Shown in pieces: positions 54,871 through 64,000 of a DNA stretch of 64,000 bases; within the stretch, counting starts at the first letter, position 1; each line of letters begins with the position of its first letter. The notes beneath the pieces were generated by a model that saw only the letters and a program-made list of their open reading frames with translations, had not been told where the DNA came from and did not search any database. Both the position numbers and the translations under genes were made by a program. Origin of the DNA: Eledone cirrhosa (taxonomy: Eukaryota); contig OZ024759.1 in NCBI GenBank assembly GCA_964016885.1, positions 17,546,001 to 17,610,000 on the forward strand, given 5' to 3'.

Positions 54871-57800
54871 ATACATATATACAGACTAAATAATGATTAT
54901 TTTGCTAACTTACTGTACTGAGCTCAAGTCATGCTGTGTTAGGCCAGCACAAGGCAACCGGCATCAATTAATGTTGTGCATTGTTTAATAATATTTAAAT
55001 ATCTTTATGAAGTTATGAAACAAGAATCATCACTACCATCTCCCTCACTGCCAGCACCACCACCATCACCCTCACTACACCACTGCCACCACTAACACCT
55101 TCACTGCCACCACTAACACCACCATTAGAACCATCATCACCAGCACCATTACTACCATTGCCACCAACCTCACTGCCACCCCCACCCCCCACTGCCATTA
55201 TTGCCATCACCATCACAACCATCATCGAGCTCCTTCTCATTACTACTGCCACCATCACAACCATTATGAATCCCTCTCTCCTTGCTACTGCCACCATCAC
55301 CAGCTCCTCGACCACCACCTTTACCAACAATCCCACCATCATCACAATCACCACTACTATTGCTACCACCTCAGCAAATATCATTTCTGAAAGGTTAAGA
55401 AAAATGAATAAAGTTCACCATAGCAAAATACAAAAAGCTGAAGGGCCCTGCATGAAATGTTACAAGTATTTTCGGCTCATGATATACAAATACTGTCTAT
55501 TTTTAGTTAACTCTATAGAACTGGTTTTTATTGAAGAGCAACGCCATTATTGCTCTGGGATTTCAACTTCAAAGATGTTCTACAGTTTGTTTTTATTAAC
55601 TTTTAACATAATGTAATGATTTAGCAGAATTGAAGAAGACATCTAAAAATGGGTTTGTTAATTTGAATGTTTATGATATCTTTACTAGTTAACAGATCAT
55701 TGTGAAAATCTGTAGTATTAGAGTAAAGATTGCTTGGTGAGGAGGGTGATTTTTGAACATCCTTTAAAAGGGCGGAAAAACTCGTGAGTCAACGGCTTTC
55801 CAACATCTGAGGTGTGTTGTTCATTGTGCGTGTGGCAATCTTCTGCACCAATCCTTTGTTATCAACATTTCCAAAAGGTGTGGCAGGCCCTACACAAGCC
55901 TTCACCACTGTAAACAATTCTTTTGTCTGGGTAACTCAACAACTCTACCAGTTCACTAACATAAAGCCGAATGAATGAACTGATAAGACTGTTGAATCCT
56001 CATGTCTTATTGATAGGAAAGTTCATCATATATTCACAATAGATTAGTTTTGAATTTTATAGAAAATTAAAAATTCATGGTTGCTGGGGTAGGGGAGTGA
56101 AAAATTATAACCAAGAAGTTTGTCTTAGAGACAATCATATTTTTATTCTACTTGGAATTAAATTAGATTTACTAATTTACAAGCTGTCTCATAAGTAAAA
56201 TCTCATTTAAAACATTATCAGCATTTATCTTGAGGTGATTTAATTAGCTAAACCAACGTTCTACTATCAAATTTGGCCATTTTCCAAATTAAAACAAATC
56301 AGTTTTTTGTGTGCGTGATATTGCAACACAAGTAGAATAGAATGGACCTGAGTCAGTTACAACAATGAGTGTCCCAGTTATGTGATCAACGGAACAGCCT
56401 GTTTGTGGGATTAAAGTGCACGTCACTGATCATTCCACAAGCATGCATAGTCTTAATGTAACTATGCAGGTCATTCTTGGAGTAATAACACTGAAAGAGT
56501 GAAGAATAACATTGTCAATGAAACAATTGTTAATACTCTAAATAAAACCCTTTTTGTACTGTTGACCATGTTATTCTTCACTTATTTTTATCATATCTTT
56601 TATCATTTATTTTGTTTGACCTGTTTAGCTTGATTTGTTTTTTGGCTTAGGTGGTTAATGCCTTCTTTACCACTTTTCAGTTTGTATGGCATTTTAACAT
56701 TGTTTAGCTCTAATTTTCTTAACTATTGGAGCGCTTGCCAGCATTTCTACGATTTTGCGTTTCGTTTCGCTTTTTCTACCAGCCGAAATACAATTTTCGC
56801 TGAATTTATATTTATATATATAGATATGCATATTGTATAGTGAAGGAGTGTGGCTTTGTGGTTAGAGAGGTGCTCGTGAACCGAGGTTCCTCTGTATATA
56901 TTTATATTCAAAACAGCATTATGACTGCATCACATAAAAAATTGAAGCCTTTACTTTAAAGCTGCAGATTTTTCCCATCAATCTGTTTAGTAGTTAAGAC
57001 TCTACAACCAAATGAATTAACAACCCACATAAAACTGCATCAGCAAGACTTTTTGAAAGTACAAAACAGTATTATGACTGCATCACATAGAAATTTCAGG
57101 TCTTAAAAATTTAATACGGCACATTTTTAGTATCTAAACATTTGAATTAACAAGCCTATTTATATATTTTTTTTTGTGAAATTATTACAGGATGCTATGA
57201 GTTAATTAAGAACCATGTTTATGAAACATGTTGAAAAAATAAATAACTGCATTACATTAAAAATTAATACTGTCACTTCAGTACTACAAGGTTTTTCTAT
57301 TTGTATGTGTTATGGTGTGTGTGTGTGTGTGCGCGCATATATGCATTTGTGTCATATCTGTATTTGTATGTGTAGTTTGTGGAATGTGTGTGTATGTAGC
57401 ATATCTGTATTTGTGTGTGTCTGTTTAGTTTGTGAGGTGTGTGTGGAATGTGTGTGTAGCATATCTGTATTTGTGTGTGCATGTGTAGTTTGTGAAATGT
57501 GTGTGTGGAATGTGTGTGTAGCATATCTGTATTTGTGTGTGCATGGGTAGTTTGTGAAATGTGTGCAGTATATATTGTGTGTGTGTGTGTGTGTATGTGT
57601 GGCATGTCTGTATTTATGTGTCTATATGTAATTTGTGAAATGTGTTTTGCATGTGTTATGGTGTATATGTATGTGACATCTCTGTAGTGTATGGTATGTG
57701 TTATGGGGTATATGTGTGCATATATAGTTTGTGAAATTTATGGTGTATATGTGTGTATGTATATGTATGTATTATGGAGTGTGTCTTTGTATATGTATGT

Positions 57801-58408
57801 ATAATGGTCTATGTGTGCATATGTATGTATTATGGTGTATATGTGTGTATGTATACGTATGTATTATGGAGTATGTCTTTGTATATGTATGTATAATGGT
57901 GTATGTGTGCGTTTGTATGTATTATGGTGTATATGTCTGTGGGTCTTTGTGGAATGTTTCTTGTTTATTTCGTGTAATATAAATCGTTAAAGGTAAACAT
58001 ATGATGATGATAATGGAGATCCAAAGAAAATTCTGAGTTCTCTAGTTATTTGCAATATTAGTTAAGGGGAGAGGGAAGAGTTGGTGATGATGGTATGTAT
58101 GTCATGACAAAACCACACACTGTATTCCCATCAAAATCAACATACACACACTCCTAACATATATACAACATACACACACACTGCACTTTCTTCAACATAC
58201 ACACAATATACACACACTGCACTTTCTTCAACATACACACATACTTCTATATACATTTATATACAAACATATATATATATATATATATATATACACAAGC
58301 ATATGCATATATATACACAAGCATATGCATATATATACACAAACATATACGTATACATATATACAAACAAACATATGCATATATATATATATATATATAT
58401 ATATACAA

Positions 58409-58459
<51 letters not shown>

Positions 58460-58526
58460 CAAACATATACATATATATATAAAAATACATATATATACAA
58501 ACACACACACACATATATATATATAT

Positions 58527-58957
58527 ATGTGTCTGAATGTATGTGTCTACGTGCAGTGAGATACACCAGTTTTTAAAAAACTCCAGAGCACCAAAGAACA
58601 TAGAGAACACTTATATACAAACATATACATATATATAAATATACAAACATATACATATATATACATATCTATATATATATATCTTTTTCTCTGTCTGTAC
58701 TTGCTCTGTTCCACTGGCTTCTATTAAAGTTTTGTTTTCTTCTGTTTTCTTTTCTTTATTTGTTTGTGCGTTTGTTTTTTCTAGATCTCTGATTGTGGAA
58801 GTAATCTACCTTGTAATTGGTCCTTCTTTAGATTCTTTTGATTCAACAACCCTTCCTTTGCCTGACATGTCTTTAGTTCTCTGTGTTCTTTGGTGCTCTG
58901 GAGTTTTTTAAAAACTGGTGTATCTCACTGCACGTAGACACATACATTCAGACACAT
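58527..58957. repeat. 82-bp inverted repeat pair (58527..58608 and 58876..58957)
   Basis: Near-perfect reverse complement with about one mismatch and a ~267-nt spacer. Confidence 0.85.
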
Positions 58958-60232
58958 ACACATACATTGAGACACATACACATACATTCAGACAGTTACA
59001 CATACATTCAGACACTTACACATACATTCAGACACTTACACATACATTCAGACACTTACACATACATTGAGACACATACACATACATTGAGACACTTACA
59101 CATACATTCAGACACGTACACATACATTGAGACACATACACATACATTGAGACAGTTACACATACATTCAGACACATACACATACATTCAGACACTTACA
59201 CATACATTGAGACACATACACATACATTGAGACACATACACATACATTCAGACACATACACATACATTCAGACACTTACACATACATTCAGACACATACA
59301 CATACATTGAGACACATACACATACATTCAGACACATACACATACATTCAGACACATACACATACATTCAGACACTTACACATACATTCAGACACATACA
59401 CATACATTGAGACACATACACATACATTGAGACACATACACATACATTCAGACACTTACACATACATTCAGACACTTACACATACATTCAGACACTTACA
59501 CATAGATTCAGACACTTACACATAGATTCAGACACATACACATACATTCAGACACATACACATACATTCAGACACCTACACATACATTTAGACACATACA
59601 CATACATTCAGACACATACACATACATTCATACACATACACATACATTCATACACATACACATACATTCATACACATACACATACATTCAGACACATACA
59701 CATACATTCAGACACATACACATACATTCAGACACATACACATACATTGAGACACTTACACATACATTCAGACACATACACATACATTCAGACACTTACA
59801 CATACATTCAGACACATACACATACATTCAGACGCATACACATACATTCAGATGCATACATATACATTCAGACGCATACACATACATTCAGACGCATACA
59901 CATACATTCAGACGCATACACATACATTCAGACGCATACATATACATTCAGACACATACACATACATTCAGACACATACACATACGTTGAGACACATACA
60001 CATACATTCAGACACATACACATACATTCAGACGCATACATATACATTCAGATGCATACATATACATTCAGACACATACACATACATTCAGACACATACA
60101 CATACATTCAGACACATACACATACACACTTACACATACATTCAGACACTTACACATACATTCAGACACATACACATACATTGAGACACATACACATACA
60201 TTCAGACACTTACACATACATTCAGACACATA
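58937..60232. repeat. 20-bp minisatellite (gacacatacacatacattca)n, ~65 copies
   Basis: Directly visible periodicity. Confidence 0.95.
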
Positions 60233-60641
60233 CATATGCAGGCACATACATCTGCAGACACACACACATAAATGCTGATGCATACGCACACACGCAGACA
60301 TACACATGCATACACACATGCATGCAGACATATACATATACACAGGAACATACACACATACATGCAGACATATACGGTTTAATATATAATTGTTTGTATG
60401 CATGAGCATATATTTATGTGTGTACATGCAAACATATATCTATCTATATATAATGTATATATATATATGTAATATAATGTATATATTTATATATATGTAA
60501 TATATGTATATATATGTAATATATGTATATATATATATATGTATGTAATATATGTATATATATATATATATGTATGTAATATATGTATCTATAATGTAAA
60601 TATATATCTATATATAATGTATATATATATATCTATATATA

Positions 60642-60686
<45 letters not shown>

Positions 60687-61039
60687 ATATATGTATATAT
60701 ATATATATATGTATGTAATATATGTATATATATATACATGTATCTATATATGTATATATACAAACATGTACATGCATGTAATATATATATTTATATATAT
60801 ATATATATATCTATTTGTGTGTGTGTTTACAGGCATACATATATATCTGTGTAGACAGGCATACATACATATATATCTGTGTAGACAGGCATATATATAT
60901 ATCTAACTCTTGTTAGTGTGGAAGATAAACATCAATAGATTGATGATGATGGGTGTAGATTTTGCATTTTTAAAAATCAAACACACATGCTTACACATTG
61001 TTAATATCTCTCTCAAACTTGTGAATGTATGTCACTGTT

Positions 61040-61852
61040 GGAATGGCAGTACTGGTACAGGGTCGGACGCCATGCTTCGAAGCATAGGGTTACGGCCCTT
61101 TATGATCTGAGCTCAAATCCCGCCGAGGTTAACTTTGCCTTTCATCCTTACGGGGGTCGATAAAATAATGTACCAGTTACGCACTGGTGTCGATTTATTC
61201 GACTTTCCCTTCCCTCCAAATTGCTGGCCTTGTGCCTATATAAGAAACCATTATTAACCTAGGGCGGTGGATTGGCAGTATCGGTACAGGGTCGGACGCC
61301 ATGCTTTGCAGCATAGAGTTACCTCCCTGTATGATCTGAGTTCAAATCCCGCCGAGGTTAGCTTTGCCTTTCATCCTTACGGAGTCGATAAAATAAAGTA
61401 CCAGTAATGCACTGGGATAATTGCTGGCCTTGTGCCTAAAGTAGAAACAATTATTATTATAAGCATTATTAGTATTATTATTAGGGTGGTGTATTGGCAG
61501 TATCGGTAGAGCATCGGACACCATGATTTGCAGCACAGAGTTACGCTCCTTTACAGTCTAAGTTCAAATCCCACCAAGGTTAACTTTGCCTTTCATCCTT
61601 ACATGGTCGATAAAATAAAGTACCAGTAATGTACTGGGATAATTGCTGCCCTTGTGCCAAAAGTAGAAACAGTTATTATTGTTAAAGGAATAGCCCTTTA
61701 CGATCTGATTTCAAATCCTGCTGAGGTTAGCTTTGTCTTTCAACCTTACTGGGTCGATAAATAAATCACCAGTAATACACTGGTGTTGATTTAATCGACT
61801 TTCCCTTCCTCCAAAATTGCTGGTCTTTTTGCCGAAAGTGGAAACAATTATT
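61040..61852 (+). mobile_element. SINE A cluster (4 copies, + strand)
   Basis: ggtggattggcagtatcgg...gagttcaaatcc...gtagaaacaattatt repeated head-to-tail. Confidence 0.85.
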
Positions 61853-62234
61853 ATTAATAGTAGTTAGATTATAAGACTGCCTCTCTGTCCACTGTACTAT
61901 GGTGGCAAAATCGGTTGAGCGTCAGACACATGCCTCGTGGTACTTCTTCTGTCTCGTTATGTTCTGAATTTAATTTCCAGTTATAGTGAACTTTCCTTCT
62001 TTCTGAGGTCATCAAAATTAATTAGCATTTAAATTACCATCTGTCTCAAGCCTAGAGGTGCACCAGGCTGGTGTTTATCATGGTTTCCTTGGCATTAAGT
62101 AAATGAGAGAGTAAGACTTCCCCCTGGACAGGATGTCAGACCATTGCCAGGTTAACTCCCAAGTACTACTGGTACTCATTTTTAAATGAGTGTACAAACA
62201 TACATATATATGTGTGGAATACACACACACACAC

Positions 62235-62293
<59 letters not shown>

Positions 62294-62316
62294 CGTCCAT
62301 ATATATATATATATTT

Positions 62317-62470
62317 AAATAATTTTGAAAGCCATGCAATGCACTAGAAAATTAAAATTGCTAGCAAATTTACCGTAGCAAATTTAATGACAAACTTGGT
62401 AAGGTAAGAATCTATTGTTATCTTAGCAATTTTAATTTTCTAGTGCATTGTAGGGTTTTCAAAATTATTT
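62317..62470. repeat. Inverted repeat, ~47-bp arms with ~60-nt spacer
   Basis: aaataattttgaaagccatgcaatgcactagaaaattaaaattgcta pairs with tagcaatttttaattttctagtgcattgtagggttttcaaaattattt. Confidence 0.75.
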
Positions 62471-62537
62471 GAAAATTTGTGTTTCCTATTCAACAATGAT
62501 TCAAGCAAACTACAACATTCTGTTATATATATATATA

Positions 62538-62701
62538 TCCCACACTGTAAATGTGGTTGGTGTTAGGAAGGGCATCCAACTGTAGAAAGCCTGCCAGACA
62601 GTCCTATGCGAGCAAGACAATCACTCTTGCCTCAAGTGGGAAAACCCCCGTCCAAACCCATGCAAGCGTGGAACACGGACGTTAAACGTTGATGATGATG
62701 A
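62538..62701 (+). mobile_element. 5'-truncated SINE B copy
   Basis: Near-exact reverse complement of about 8995..9150. Confidence 0.8.
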
Positions 62702-62798
62702 TATATATATATATATATATATAGTTGAGGACCAAGAGAAAAGAGTGATCAACACCAATCGTTTGATGACTCTGTGGTTCCTTCCCTCCTATATATAT

Positions 62799-62850
62799 GT
62801 TATGACGGACAGACGGACGAAGATCAGCTTGTCTTTTATAATAATATAGA
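62799..62850 (-). mobile_element. Possible Helitron/Helentron-like 5' end
   Basis: Minus strand reads TCTATATTATATAAAAGACAAG... followed by a (GTCY)n tract, a pattern seen in non-autonomous Helitrons. Confidence 0.35.
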
Positions 62851-63090
62851 TGTGAATTTCTGTGCTGGTGTCTGCATGGCTTTCTGGCATCAGCAAATAT
62901 AAATATTGTACTTGAGTATTGACTTAAATAGACCACAAAATCAAATATGTTGTTCTTAGTTTGTATCGTTCATGAAAGAAAATTTGGCCTTTAATTATAG
63001 ATGATTTGCAACATTTGCACTCCAAGAATAGAGGCGCTGGAGTTTTATTTGGAAATTAGTATAGATTTGAATTTCATTGAACGAAGCTTC

Positions 63091-63200
63091 AGTAGAGGAA
63101 AACCAAGAAAGACTTGGGCAGAAGTGGTGCGAGGACATAGATGAAATAGTGAAATTCATAGAGGAGATGGCAAAGAAATGCTGCAAGTGCAGGGATGGCA
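63091..63200 (+). pseudogene. RTE-type LINE C-terminal remnant
   Basis: Translates [13 protein letters not shown], matching the RGRPxxxW motif at the end of RTE ORFs. Confidence 0.6.
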
Positions 63201-63590
63201 AATTATATATATATATATATGTATATATATATGTATGTATATATATATGTATGTATATATATATATGTATATATATATATATGTATATATATATACGAAT
63301 ATATATATATGAATATATATATATGTATGTATATATATATGAATATATATATGTATATGAATATATATATATATGTATATATATATGAATATATATGTAT
63401 ATGTATGTATATATGTATATGTATATATATATACACACATATATATATAGACATCCATCAACATACACACACACATACATTTATATATATATATATATAT
63501 ATACAAACACACACACATATACATACACACACACACATACATTTATATATATATATATATATATATATACAAACACACACATATACATAT

Positions 63591-63621
<31 letters not shown>

Positions 63622-63664
63622 GGCATCCATATATACACACACACACATACAGACATACACATAG

Positions 63665-63703
<39 letters not shown>

Positions 63704-64000
63704 TATCCATACACACACATATATGTATATATACACATACATATATATATATATACACACACACACATATACATATATAATCCTGCTTAGGTATGGTTTA
63801 ATTTTATGCTCTGCTGCTGAGAAAATTGGCATTCTTCAACAACTGATTGTATTTACATCAATTCACAGACTCACAGAACAATATAGCTCCATACAAATAA
63901 AAGCAAAGGTGAATATAAAAAGCAGAGAAATAGAAAAATAGACAAAAAATCCCTCCATTATCTTTTATTGTATACATATTCTTTCTCTCTCTTTCTGGTG

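Overview
AT-rich, microsatellite-saturated eukaryotic DNA. The SINE repertoire and repeat load look like a coleoid cephalopod such as octopus; this is inference, not a database result. The only credible protein-coding sequence is a class A aminergic GPCR with an intronless CDS (23978..25657, minus strand, tyramine/octopamine-receptor-like) and a probable 5'-UTR splice acceptor just upstream. All other ORFs in the track are translations of microsatellites or SINEs. The rest of the window consists of tRNA-derived SINEs, RTE-LINE remnants, DNA-transposon MITEs (hAT, piggyBac-like, Tc1/mariner-like) and minisatellites. The most interesting signal is a dense set of short (100-300 bp), mutually dissimilar modules lying between (TA)n tracts. 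Many carry type I hammerhead-ribozyme cores, from intact to degenerate. Several are fold-back palindromes whose turning point lies in the hammerhead itself, either at stem II or at the start of the CUGANGA box. This resembles non-autonomous Penelope-like or retrozyme elements that insert into (TA)n and are shaped by hairpin-primed synthesis.
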